Positions 49,301-58,101 of a DNA stretch of 64,000 nucleotides are shown piece after piece. The translations under genes were made by a program, and so were the position numbers. The first letter of the stretch is position 1. Each line of letters opens with the position of its first letter. The notes beneath the pieces are model-generated. The model ran no database searches. It had not been told where the DNA came from and saw only the letters and a program-made list of their open reading frames with translations. Origin of the DNA: an uncultured cyanobacterium (GTDB lineage Bacteria; Cyanobacteriota; Cyanobacteriia; PCC-9006; JAAUQQ01); the NCBI GenBank assembly GCA_963718615.1, contig OY970368.1:2464001-2528000 (forward strand), written 5' to 3'.

Positions 49301-50345
49301 AGGCGCAGAACCGATTAAAGAAGGAACCGGTCGAATTGTACGTTACGAGCTCAAACCCCTTGAGGGTTTAGATCATCCTCGCATCGACGTTTTAGCGAAT
49401 CTTTCGGGCATTTTTCGCGATAGTTTTGTCAATATTATTGAACTATTAGATGATCTCTTTCGCCGCGCTGGCGAAGCGGACGAGTCTGTGGAAAAGAACT
49501 TTATTCGCAAGCATTATCTTGAGTTACAAGCCCAAGGCATTGAGAATGCTTCGGCTCGACTCTTCTCCAATCCCTCAGGAGATTTTGGTTCCCTGGTGAA
49601 CGACCGGATCACCGATGGTAATTGGGAAAGTGGCGAAGAACTAGGTCAAACCTGGGAAGGGCGTAATAGCTTTAGCTATGGTCGCAGTGACAAGGGTCAA
49701 GCCCGTCCTGAAATCCTTAAAACCCTATTGCAGAGTACCGATCGCATCGTTCAACAGATCGATTCCGTTGAGTATGGCTTAACCGACATCCAAGAATATT
49801 ACGCCAATACGGGCGGCCTCAAAAAAGCTGCCGAAATTCAACAATCAATCATCCAGCAATCAACACCCCAAAACTCTAGTACTGGAACCAATAATCGCTC
49901 ACCCCGTTCAATCAAGGTCCAAACCAGCTTTATTGAAAGCTTCTCCAAAGATATCACCCCGCGTAGCCTTGAAGAACTGCTCCGACTAGAATATCGTACA
50001 AAGTTGCTCAATCCCAAATGGGCCGAAGCCATGGCCAATCAAGGTTCCGGTGGGGCCTATGAAATTTCCCAACGGATGACAGCGCTGATGGGCTGGGCGG
50101 GTACAGCAGATTTTAAGGAAAATTGGATCTATGACCAGGCCGCAGAGACCTACGCCTTGGACACTAAGATGGCAAAGCAACTGCAAATTGCTAATCCAGA
50201 AGCATTTCGAAATATTGTAGGACGAATGCTGGAGGCCCATGGGCGAGGATTTTGGCAAGTGGATGGGGAACGGTTGGAACGGTTGCGATCGCTTTACGAC
50301 CAAACCGACGCAGCTTTAGAAGGTGTAAAAGACCCCATAGGATAG
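46359..50345 (+). CDS. bchH: Magnesium chelatase subunit H-like protein (CobN/ChlH family paralogue)
   Basis: GFPLVGGPAG, HFGMHGTVEWLPG, YAANNPSESILAKRR, LPTGRNIHALDP, TDIQEYYANTG, RTKLLNPKW. Confidence 0.88.
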   Translation: MPRIVLIAGFESFNADLYRKAALQAEAGWPQEEGTGLAIQVFSDRDLITHPHIIETALAQADVFFASLLFDYDQVIWLRERVQSIPIRLIFESALELMSLTRLGKFIIGEKPKGMPKPIQFILSKFGSGNEEDKLAGYLSFLKVGPKLLKYIPAKKVQDLRNWLIIYGYWNAGGADNVAAMFWYIAQQYFEYDQPDSTGINPRFPRQKQNNRFAIPDPVETPNLGLFHPDHEGYFETPRAYLDWWRSRNLSRNRLTLDCPVVGILLYRKHVITKQPYIPKLIRQFEAAGLIPLPIFINGVEGHVAVRDWMTTAYEQAQRSLGNIETKSLSQDAAQVDAIISTIGFPLVGGPAGSMEAGRQVAVATKILQSKNVPYLIAAPLLIQDIHSWTRTGIGGLQSVVLYSLPELDGAIDTIPLGGLVGDDIYLIPERVQRLIGRVKSWIALRRKQATDRKIAIVLYGFPPGYGATGTAALLNVPKSLIRFLQALQDQGYEIGKIPEDGEELIRQIQAANDENAWALAIAQKAIPSNIPANTPTNTAIPNSVNVKQLERWLGYLQTSRIEKQWQSLTETGIKTYGDQFHVGGIQLGNIWIGVQPPLGISGDPMRLMFERDLTPHPQYAAYYQWLQHEFAADAIVHFGMHGTVEWLPGSPLGNTGYSWPDLLLGNLPNLYIYAANNPSESILAKRRGYGVLISHNVPPYGRAGLYKELVSLRELIAEYRENPAANSLLIEAIAKKIADTGLAADCPFKDAQKLGIELTSENLKLFSPPVIQAYLGELYEYLQILESRLFSSGLHVLGQPPTPEELQSYLNAYFQDELPDWAIASILQGATIDQLLQEYFQRWTDDNPGKIPRLDPSFRDRLETAIPLCCQLADLLRQNSDELTNLLRGLNGEYIPPAPGGDLLRDGPGVLPTGRNIHALDPYRMPSPGAFERGRAIAQRIIAQHLQDHQTYPETVAVMLWGLDAIKTKGESLGILLELVGAEPIKEGTGRIVRYELKPLEGLDHPRIDVLANLSGIFRDSFVNIIELLDDLFRRAGEADESVEKNFIRKHYLELQAQGIENASARLFSNPSGDFGSLVNDRITDGNWESGEELGQTWEGRNSFSYGRSDKGQARPEILKTLLQSTDRIVQQIDSVEYGLTDIQEYYANTGGLKKAAEIQQSIIQQSTPQNSSTGTNNRSPRSIKVQTSFIESFSKDITPRSLEELLRLEYRTKLLNPKWAEAMANQGSGGAYEISQRMTALMGWAGTADFKENWIYDQAAETYALDTKMAKQLQIANPEAFRNIVGRMLEAHGRGFWQVDGERLERLRSLYDQTDAALEGVKDPIG

Positions 50346-50445
50346 CTCGTGTAGGATAGCTCGTGGAAGAGCTCGACGGGTCCAGAAAAGCCTGATGGTT
50401 TCCCACCAGGCCTAACGAGTCAACTCAGCATCACCCTGACCACTT

Positions 50446-51939
50446 TTAGAACCGCAGTGTCGTTTTCACACTACCGGCCCAAACATTTTCATTGCTGCTG
50501 TTGCCATTGGGATTGGCAATGTAGACGAGCTGCGGTTGAATGGCTAACCCATCATTCACCTTGACGCTATAGAATGCCTGAGCCGCTAAGGGAGCCTTTT
50601 CAGAAGCCACATCCCCCCCAGAGATATAGGGAACGGCACCGACCCCAACCCCGCCATAGTTACCCTGACCAAACAGGTCGTTGACCCCAACTTGAGCCGC
50701 CCAGTTGACAACAGTTGCCTGATCACTGCTAGCTCCGTCATTCAGAAACGAAACGCCACCATGGGCCGATAGATCGACTTTGCCGAGCTTTTGAGAGGCC
50801 GATAGACCGACATGATTGCCACTGGTATCCCCAGTTCCAAAGGGGTCCGCAGCACCCGTGGTACCCGCAACAACGCCCTGCTCATGGGTTTTCGCATAGG
50901 CCACCGACAGCGCAGTCTTTTCGCCAGGTTTGTAGGTCACCTGGGCCGATGCCGTGTTGGTGCCATCTAATAGACCGCGACTGGTGCTGGCCGCCGAGTC
51001 CGTTGGCAAAGTATAGGCCGCAGCGAGCTCTAGTTTTTCGCCCAGATTGAGCTTATAGCCAATGCCTGCGCCTTCAGCCGCTTCGGCGATCGCCGGGTTA
51101 GCCTGGAACTGTTCAATAAAGGCATAATCACCCGAAGGAGCGGTTGCCGTGCTGGCAATATCGTCAAGGCTCAGGCCATGGGTTCCCACAGTCAGTTGTC
51201 CCGGTCCAACTTGGCGCTGGTAATACAACTCGTCTAGTTTAACCGAGCTGTCGCCCTCGTTATCATAGGGCGTATTCAAACCATCAAACGACGTGCCGCC
51301 TTCAAAGCGTCCACTGTAGCCTTCAAAATTTGTAGCTTCAACCCTAGCATGCAGCAGGTCATTGCCGGTCAAATTACTATCTAAATTGAGTCGTAACCGA
51401 GCCGCTGCCGTGAGCGTATCTTTGGCTTCGGTGCCTGCACCATTGGCTTCCCCAGAGAAGACACCGCCGACATCGGTAATCAATTCACCAGAAAGCTTTA
51501 CCCGAGAAAGATTGTTTTCCAGTTCTGCCGTCCGACCTTCCAAGCCATCAACGCGGGACCGGAGGGTTGCGAGCTCTGATTGAAACTCCTCTTGCAGACG
51601 CTGTAGCGTCGCTAAGTCTTCATTGCTCACGCTAGTTGAATTGTCTGCAATTCGGGCGTTGATCGACTCCATACAACCATTTAGAGCGGAGGCAAGTTCA
51701 TAGCGGGTCATGCCGCGATCGCCCCGAAAGGTTCCATCCGGATAACCGGAAAGACAGCCGTATTTCTCAACTAAATTCTTGACGGAAGTATAGGCCCAGT
51801 GGTCCGGGCTAATGTCTCGCAAATCGTTAACAGACTGAACAGGTTGTGCTGCAGCGGGACGAGCAAAGGCTGTCATTCCACCCAGAGAACCGAGGGCAAG
51901 GAGGGCAGCGAGGGCGATTTGAGTGGATGCGTTTTTCAT
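50446..51939 (-). CDS. SLH-domain outer-membrane porin (cyanobacterial iron-uptake/OprB type)
   Basis: Signal peptide, SLH DISPDHWAY...GYPDGTFRG, coiled coil, C-terminal KTTLRF. Confidence 0.9.
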   Translation of the reverse strand: MKNASTQIALAALLALGSLGGMTAFARPAAAQPVQSVNDLRDISPDHWAYTSVKNLVEKYGCLSGYPDGTFRGDRGMTRYELASALNGCMESINARIADNSTSVSNEDLATLQRLQEEFQSELATLRSRVDGLEGRTAELENNLSRVKLSGELITDVGGVFSGEANGAGTEAKDTLTAAARLRLNLDSNLTGNDLLHARVEATNFEGYSGRFEGGTSFDGLNTPYDNEGDSSVKLDELYYQRQVGPGQLTVGTHGLSLDDIASTATAPSGDYAFIEQFQANPAIAEAAEGAGIGYKLNLGEKLELAAAYTLPTDSAASTSRGLLDGTNTASAQVTYKPGEKTALSVAYAKTHEQGVVAGTTGAADPFGTGDTSGNHVGLSASQKLGKVDLSAHGGVSFLNDGASSDQATVVNWAAQVGVNDLFGQGNYGGVGVGAVPYISGGDVASEKAPLAAQAFYSVKVNDGLAIQPQLVYIANPNGNSSNENVWAGSVKTTLRF

Positions 51940-52262
51940 GAGCTGAATCTCTTTGGTTGAGGTGTTGAAGCAGGTGTGTTTGCTTTGTTGCACCTAATCT
52001 AATCCACCTAAATCGAGTTTCCAACACGACTATGCCACCTGAATTACCTCCCTAATCCAGGAACTTTTTGCCTTCTAGTCCTAAAGGACTATCTCAATAA
52101 ACCCAACAGGATAACCTAGTCCTTTAGCCCTAAAATCCCTAATGCTTTAAATCTTTCAAATCGCTATTTAAACTATCTCTAACCAGACCGGTTCGTTTAG
52201 TGGCTTGAAACAGTTTATGGCTCAATCTGACTCAAGACGTTTGTTCAACTTACTGATTCAGC

Positions 52263-53057
52263 CTACTTCAACGGCCACCAGCTCACCTTATCTCGGGTTG
52301 CACCGTAAACTTCCTTAAGCCCTTCTGGAGCGATGACGACCACGCGATCGCTCTCTCCCCCTTTCACCTTTTCCAGCAGCCCTGCCTTGGTCATTCCCTT
52401 TAAGACCTGTTCCACCGTTCGATGATTGAGCTGGCAGGCCCGTGCAATCAAATCCACCGGCAAATCAAACCTAAAGGGATGCTCTTCCTGGGGTTGCTGC
52501 CCGAGGGAACGCTCTTGATAAATTAAGGCTCGCAGCAAAGCCGCAACGGCCTGAGGGGGATAGGTACTGCAATTCAACAAGTGATAGAGAAACTTTTCCC
52601 GTAGCTCAAACAACAACCGATAGCGCTGTCGAAAGGCTTCACTGGATTGATACAGCGCTTCCACCATGGCGAGAGGCACCTTAATAATGTCTGTCGTCTT
52701 GTAAGCCTCCACCAAGCTGGGAAAACCGCGACTCACTAGTCCATAACTAAAGGCCAAGTTTTGCATACCAAAACAGCCCCCCGGATAGGTCATCGCAATC
52801 ACCCGGTCCAAGGGCGTGCTGCGCACAATCACCGGCCCTCCCGCCACGATCGCATAGAGAAATTCCAGAGAGACCCCAGGCCGAAATGCCGTGTACACCG
52901 GACGACTGGAATACAGTTTCTCCACTACGAGCTCCGCCGCCCCCTGGGCTTGGATCAGCTCCGCCTCACTCATCCCCTGGAATAGAAAAACCTGCTGGGC
53001 CAAAATTTCTCTCAACTCACCTTGGGTCTCCAAGGTCTCACACCCATGATTTGTCAT
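52263..53057 (-). CDS. Atypical Crp/Fnr-family regulator
   Basis: cNMP-like beta-roll (PGGCFG), HTH DLIARACQLNHRTVEQVLKGMTKAGLL. Confidence 0.75.
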   Translation of the reverse strand: MTNHGCETLETQGELREILAQQVFLFQGMSEAELIQAQGAAELVVEKLYSSRPVYTAFRPGVSLEFLYAIVAGGPVIVRSTPLDRVIAMTYPGGCFGMQNLAFSYGLVSRGFPSLVEAYKTTDIIKVPLAMVEALYQSSEAFRQRYRLLFELREKFLYHLLNCSTYPPQAVAALLRALIYQERSLGQQPQEEHPFRFDLPVDLIARACQLNHRTVEQVLKGMTKAGLLEKVKGGESDRVVVIAPEGLKEVYGATRDKVSWWPLK

Positions 53058-53254
53058 AACGCCTCTTCCTTGCCCGCGCCCTCAGGCAAACGCTTTAGGT
53101 CAATCGCTCTACGTCAACTGTGCCTGAAAACCGAATGCTCTGAAGATAAATTTTGCATCAAGCCTGTCCAAGCTTCAATTGAATTTCAATTCATCTGTGA
53201 TACGGTTCCAATCAGATTACTTTTTATTCTACTGCCAGGTTGAGATGTATTCCT

Positions 53255-55165
53255 ATGCAAAAACTGCAAACGCCACCGAGAACGGGGCGATCGCCCGCAT
53301 CCCTTCGAGACTGGCTATCCCTCTCTAACCTCAAATGGCCATTGAGCGTCGGCGTACTAGGAATGATTATCCTGGGTCTGACCACTGCCCTGGGGCTCTC
53401 CTGGCAAGCCGCCCTAGCCCTTAGCGTGGCCCTCGGCACCCTCTTGCTCAATGCCCTGAGTCCACTCCCCGCTGACATCGTTTTCCTCGGCGGTTTGGCT
53501 GTGCTCATGGTCAGCGGCGTTCTCAATGTCGAAAATGCCCTAGCCGGATTTAGCAATCCTGGTATGGTGACTGTCGGCGTACTTTACGTCGTGGTGGCTG
53601 GCATTGAGCAAACGGGAGGCTTGATCTGGATCTCGCAGAATTTGCTGGGATTACCCAAGGGACTAACCGCAACACTCATCCGCCTCGTATTTCCCGTCGT
53701 GGGGATGAGCGCCTTTTTTAACAACACCCCCATCGTGGCAATGTTTATCCCGGTGGTGAGTGACTGGTCGCGCAAACTGCGGATTAGCCCGTCTAAGCTG
53801 ATGATTCCGCTGAGCTATGCGGCGCTGTTTGGGGGGGTTTGCACTTTGATTGGCACCAGTACAAACTTGGTCGTCAATGGTCTGATGATTTCCCAGGCGA
53901 AGCTGCCAGGATTTGGAATTTTTGAGATTTCAAAGGTGGGGCTGCCCTGTGCGATCGCAGGCTGTATCTATCTCCTCACCATCGGCCAACGGCTGCTACC
54001 CAACCGCAAAGCCGTCCTGAGTGAACAGGATGATATTCGTCAGTACACCGTCGAAATGGTGGTGGAGTCCGGTAGTCCGCTCGCCGGAAAAACCATTGAA
54101 CAAGCTGGGCTGCGCCATTTGCCAGGACTGTACCTGGGGGAAATCATCCGAGGTGAACAGGTGATCGCTGCCGTTAGCCCCAAGGAGCGGTTGCGCGAGC
54201 AAGATCAACTGGTCTTTATGGGAATGGTGGATTCCATTGTCGACCTGAAAAAAATGCGTGGACTGCAACCCGCCACGGACCAAGTTTCCAAACTCGACGC
54301 AGCACCGACCGAACGCTGTTTAATTGAAGCGGTGGTGTCCAATACCTTTCCGCTAGCAGGCCAAACCATTCGCGAAGGTCAGTTTCGTAAACGCTATAAC
54401 GCAGTCGTCTTAGCCGTCGCCCGCAACGGGGAACGGCTCCAGGGCAAAATTGGGGCCATCCGCCTCCAGCCCGGTGATTCGCTCCTGCTGGAAGCCCATC
54501 CCTCGTTCCTCGATTTGCAGCGCGCCTCCCGTGACTTTTACCTGATCAGCGGCGTCCCTAACTCTGAACCCCTGCGCCATGCCCAGGCTCCCCTGGCCTT
54601 AGCTATCCTGATTGGCATGGTGGCGATCGTGGCCTTGGGCTGGCTGGATATGTTGCTGGCTGCCGTCCTCGCCGCTGTGCTCATGGTCTTGAGCCGTTGC
54701 TGCGCCGTCGACCGAGCCCTACGCGGTGTCGATTGGTCTCTCCTCGTGGTCATTGCGGCGGCCCTCGGTATCGGCAAAGCCCTAGAAACCACAGGGGCAG
54801 CCGCCAGCCTCGCGGCAGTCATTCTCGGTCCAGCGGGTCAGAATCCTGGGTTAGCCCTCACCTTGGTCTACGGCATTACGATGCTTCTGACCGAGTTGAT
54901 TACCAATAATGCAGCGGCAGCGCTGGTGTTTCCCATTGCCCTGGCGGTCTCTCAGAGTTTGGGAGTGAGTTTTTGGCCCTTTGCGATCGCCATCATGATG
55001 GCCGCCTCCGCCAGTTTTGCAACCCCCATTGGCTATCAAACGAATTTGATGGTGTATGGTCCTGGGGGGTACCGATTTACCGATTTCCTCCGGGTGGGTC
55101 TTCCCCTGAATTTTATGTTTTGGTTTATTACGGTAATGCTAACACCGCATTTCTTTCCGTTCTGA
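53255..55165 (+). CDS. SLC13/DASS permease with TrkA-C domains
   Basis: SAFFNNTP, GGVCTLIGTSTNL, two RCK_C repeats, TPIGYQTNLMV. Confidence 0.92.
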   Translation: MQKLQTPPRTGRSPASLRDWLSLSNLKWPLSVGVLGMIILGLTTALGLSWQAALALSVALGTLLLNALSPLPADIVFLGGLAVLMVSGVLNVENALAGFSNPGMVTVGVLYVVVAGIEQTGGLIWISQNLLGLPKGLTATLIRLVFPVVGMSAFFNNTPIVAMFIPVVSDWSRKLRISPSKLMIPLSYAALFGGVCTLIGTSTNLVVNGLMISQAKLPGFGIFEISKVGLPCAIAGCIYLLTIGQRLLPNRKAVLSEQDDIRQYTVEMVVESGSPLAGKTIEQAGLRHLPGLYLGEIIRGEQVIAAVSPKERLREQDQLVFMGMVDSIVDLKKMRGLQPATDQVSKLDAAPTERCLIEAVVSNTFPLAGQTIREGQFRKRYNAVVLAVARNGERLQGKIGAIRLQPGDSLLLEAHPSFLDLQRASRDFYLISGVPNSEPLRHAQAPLALAILIGMVAIVALGWLDMLLAAVLAAVLMVLSRCCAVDRALRGVDWSLLVVIAAALGIGKALETTGAAASLAAVILGPAGQNPGLALTLVYGITMLLTELITNNAAAALVFPIALAVSQSLGVSFWPFAIAIMMAASASFATPIGYQTNLMVYGPGGYRFTDFLRVGLPLNFMFWFITVMLTPHFFPF

Positions 55166-56760
55166 TGAACCCTAGTCAGCCTCCCTTGATCACGGCATTG
55201 CTGGACCCCAAGGTCTATCCCCATGCCGTTTCTCCTCCCATTCAACTGATTCAAACCCATGCGTCCTATATCTTTTTAACAGGAACCTTTGCCTACAAAC
55301 TCAAGAAGCCCGTTGATTATGGTTTTTTGAACTACAGCACCCTGGCTGCGCGACGGCATTTTTTGCAAGAGGAGCTACGGCTGAATCAACGCACCGCACC
55401 TGAACTCTATTTGGCGGTTGTGGCCCTGATTCAAGGGGGCGATCGCCTAGAGTTCAGACCAGATTCTAATTGCAGGGAAGAAACGACCGAAGGAGAAGTG
55501 CTGGAATATGCACTTCAGATGCGACAATTTCCCGCAGATTCGCTCTTTTCAGATTTGCTTGAGCAAAATCGGCTAACACCTGAACTCATGGAGAAGCTTG
55601 CGGTTCAGGTCGCGCGATTACATCAATCAGCAGCCGTTAGCGAAAAAATCCTGGAATTTGGCAAAATTTCTCAAATTCGTCAGGCCTTCGACGAGAACTA
55701 TGCCCAGACCCGTGTCTATATTGGACGAGGGCAAACGGAAGCACAGTGGCAAGAGACTCAAGCATTAACTCAGCGCTTTTTTACAGAACATACCGCAGTT
55801 TTCCAAGATCGAATCCAGCAAGAAAAAATACGAGAATGCCATGGGGATCTGCACCTCGGCAATATCGGTCTTTGGGGAGAATCGGTGTTTCTCTTTGACT
55901 GCATTGAGTTTAACGACGCCTTTCGGTTTGTCGATACCCTGTATGACGTGGCGTTTCCTGTCATGGATTGTGAGGTCCAGGGACGGCAGGATTTGGCGAT
56001 CGCCTTTCTCAATGCCTATCTAGAATTGACCGGGGATTGGGAGGGCGGAAAAGTTTTACCCATTTATCTCAGCCGACAGGCCTATGTGCGTGCCAAAGTC
56101 ACCTCGTTTCGACTGGAGGAACCCGGTCTTTCCGCTGGAGCGCGCAGTCAGATTGAGGCGATCGCCGCCCGCTATTATCACTATGCTTGGAGTTGCCTAC
56201 AGCCTAAACAGGGTCACGTCATTCTCATGTCCGGCCTCTCTGGGTCTGGCAAAAGCACCGTTGCCCGTCAGCTCGCACAACGGATCGGTGCTATACAAAT
56301 TCGCTCCGATGCCGTGCGAAAACATTTGGGGGGCATTGCACTTCAAGAACGGGGACCTGAAAGTCTCTATCAACCCGAAATGACCCAGCGAACCTACCAA
56401 AAAGTACTAGAAATAGGCCTACAGCTTGCTCAAGCAGGATATCCGGTTATTCTAGATGCAAAATACGATCGCAGAGCGCTTCGCCAAGCCGTTTTCGACC
56501 AGGCTCAAGCCTTAGGGATTCCCTGTCATATTTTGTCCTGTGAAGCACCTGTTGAGGTGCTTAAAAATCGCTTAACTCAGCGTCAAAATGACATTGCTGA
56601 CGCCACAGTCGACCTTTTAGACCAACAACAACAGCAGGCTGAAGCCTTTACGGAGCAAGAAGAAAGACAGGTCAGCCATCTAGATACCACCCTGGAGATT
56701 CAACCCCAGTTGGATTGTTGGATAGCCACCTGTCTGAGATCCACGCAAAACTCGTCGTAA
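55165..56760 (+). CDS. Bifunctional APH-like phosphotransferase / AAA_33 P-loop kinase
   Basis: QTHASY, YKLKKPV, ECHGDLHLGNI, FDCIEFN, GLSGSGKST, RSDAVRK; TGATG coupling to the permease. Confidence 0.9.
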   Translation: MNPSQPPLITALLDPKVYPHAVSPPIQLIQTHASYIFLTGTFAYKLKKPVDYGFLNYSTLAARRHFLQEELRLNQRTAPELYLAVVALIQGGDRLEFRPDSNCREETTEGEVLEYALQMRQFPADSLFSDLLEQNRLTPELMEKLAVQVARLHQSAAVSEKILEFGKISQIRQAFDENYAQTRVYIGRGQTEAQWQETQALTQRFFTEHTAVFQDRIQQEKIRECHGDLHLGNIGLWGESVFLFDCIEFNDAFRFVDTLYDVAFPVMDCEVQGRQDLAIAFLNAYLELTGDWEGGKVLPIYLSRQAYVRAKVTSFRLEEPGLSAGARSQIEAIAARYYHYAWSCLQPKQGHVILMSGLSGSGKSTVARQLAQRIGAIQIRSDAVRKHLGGIALQERGPESLYQPEMTQRTYQKVLEIGLQLAQAGYPVILDAKYDRRALRQAVFDQAQALGIPCHILSCEAPVEVLKNRLTQRQNDIADATVDLLDQQQQQAEAFTEQEERQVSHLDTTLEIQPQLDCWIATCLRSTQNSS

Positions 56761-56810
56761 GCAAAACTTGTAGTCAACTCTACAGCCGTCAGGTTAAACC
56801 TCTCCTAATT

Positions 56811-57344
56811 CTAGGCAGGCATCAGTTCTGACAAGGATTTCTCTGGCAAAGGGTCGGTTTTTTGAGGATTAGCATGAACGATAAACACCGAACAAGATGC
56901 ATGGTGCATGACATAGCTACTCACACTGCCAAGCAACAGCTCATTCAGTCCTGATCGCCCTCGATTTCCCATCACAATCAGATCCGCATTCCAAGCCTTA
57001 GCTGCTTCACAGATCCGCCGTCCTGGACTACCATAAACCTGATCAAACTGCGTTTCAATCCCGGCCTGTCGAGCTTCTGCTGCTTGCCACTTTAACCATT
57101 CCAGGCAGTCTTCCACATAGGCATTCCAGTCCTTTTCATACTTACTCAGCAACTGTTGATCGATTGCCGGATAATAAGCCTCATCAAAGTACAAATTGCG
57201 CTGAGGAGCTCCAGGCTCACCATCCGTTAGAACATGAAAAAGCTTGAGTTCCGACCCAAGGGCTTTCGCTAGGGCGATCGCCTCCTGGTAAGCATTAACA
57301 CTCAAATCCGAGGCATCTACAGCAACTAAAATCCTGCGAATCAT
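56811..57344 (-). CDS. Universal stress protein
   Basis: RILVAVDAS, DLIVMGNRGRSG, LLGSVSSYV. Confidence 0.93.
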   Translation of the reverse strand: MIRRILVAVDASDLSVNAYQEAIALAKALGSELKLFHVLTDGEPGAPQRNLYFDEAYYPAIDQQLLSKYEKDWNAYVEDCLEWLKWQAAEARQAGIETQFDQVYGSPGRRICEAAKAWNADLIVMGNRGRSGLNELLLGSVSSYVMHHASCSVFIVHANPQKTDPLPEKSLSELMPA

Positions 57345-57379
57345 AGTCGTTCCTCCCTATAGATCTGAGATTCGTAATA

Positions 57380-57580
57380 TCAAGACGGATGCCGCTGTTT
57401 GCGCTTAGGCAGTTCCCCCTCAAATGGCTGAATTCCTGTGTTGGGATAGTCATCATCGGCGGGACGGAAAATCCGTAGACCCCCTTCTGAAAGATAACGT
57501 AACACTTGCTGAGGAATACGAAAGAGTCTTTGGGCCAAATCTTGAACCGTTGAAGTCCTGTCGGTGTGATTCATAGCCAT
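57380..57580 (-). CDS. Small protein resembling AtpTheta (Norf1), the cyanobacterial ATP synthase inhibitor
   Basis: Amphipathic helix followed by YLSEG..RIF.P.DDDYP.TG.QPFEGE; RBS GGAG. Family recalled from memory. Confidence 0.6.
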   Translation of the reverse strand: MAMNHTDRTSTVQDLAQRLFRIPQQVLRYLSEGGLRIFRPADDDYPNTGIQPFEGELPKRKQRHPS

Positions 57581-57799
57581 AAGGCGTCTCCTATAGAGAA
57601 TGGGAGGCTTTTGCCTTTGCCTTTAACGTAGCTCACAAACTTGAGGAACTTGTGAGGATTGCCGAGCGAACCTCATCATCCAAAACAAAAGAGTCCACTT
57701 GAATGGCATCATCTAGCCTAGAAAACTCACGAAGAGAGAAAGAGAGCCCGAAAGCGAGTGTCAGTCAAGCAGGTGAAAGTCCGTAAGGGACTGGCAGAT

Positions 57800-58048
57800 T
57801 GCCTGCTGCGTCACGACGCTATCTATCTATCAATTAGTTTAGGGGTCGTCGAAAGTTCAAATCGCCGCATTGTCACCGTTCGTCTCAAACAGTCCGGCAT
57901 GTTTGGTCAACCACGGGTGCTCAAGCCGTTATGGCTCTCAGGGCTGCCTATCTCAGTGCTTCTTCAAAATGGCACGATTTTTGGTAAAAAAGCCCTTCCC
58001 CTTCTTAAGCGCGCTTTTTTTCGTTCACCCTTCTCACTGCGACATCCC
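57800..58048 (+). mobile_element. Degraded IS remnant (ISKra4/ISLre2-like transposase C-terminus with probable right end)
   Basis: GVVESSNRRIVTVRLKQSGM(F)/WSTTGAQAVMALRAAYLS...WHDFW* with a frameshift near 57903; CTGCGACATCCC end. Confidence 0.7.
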
Positions 58049-58101
58049 ATCGCACTGCCCATAGATTGTTAAAGTAAGAGCTGGTTTTTTGAAGAACAGC
58101 T

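Noticed and set aside
52075-52090. Palindrome TAGTCC-TAAA-GGACTA upstream of the porin as a Fur box
   Set aside because: Does not resemble the AT-rich Fur consensus; regulator cannot be assigned.
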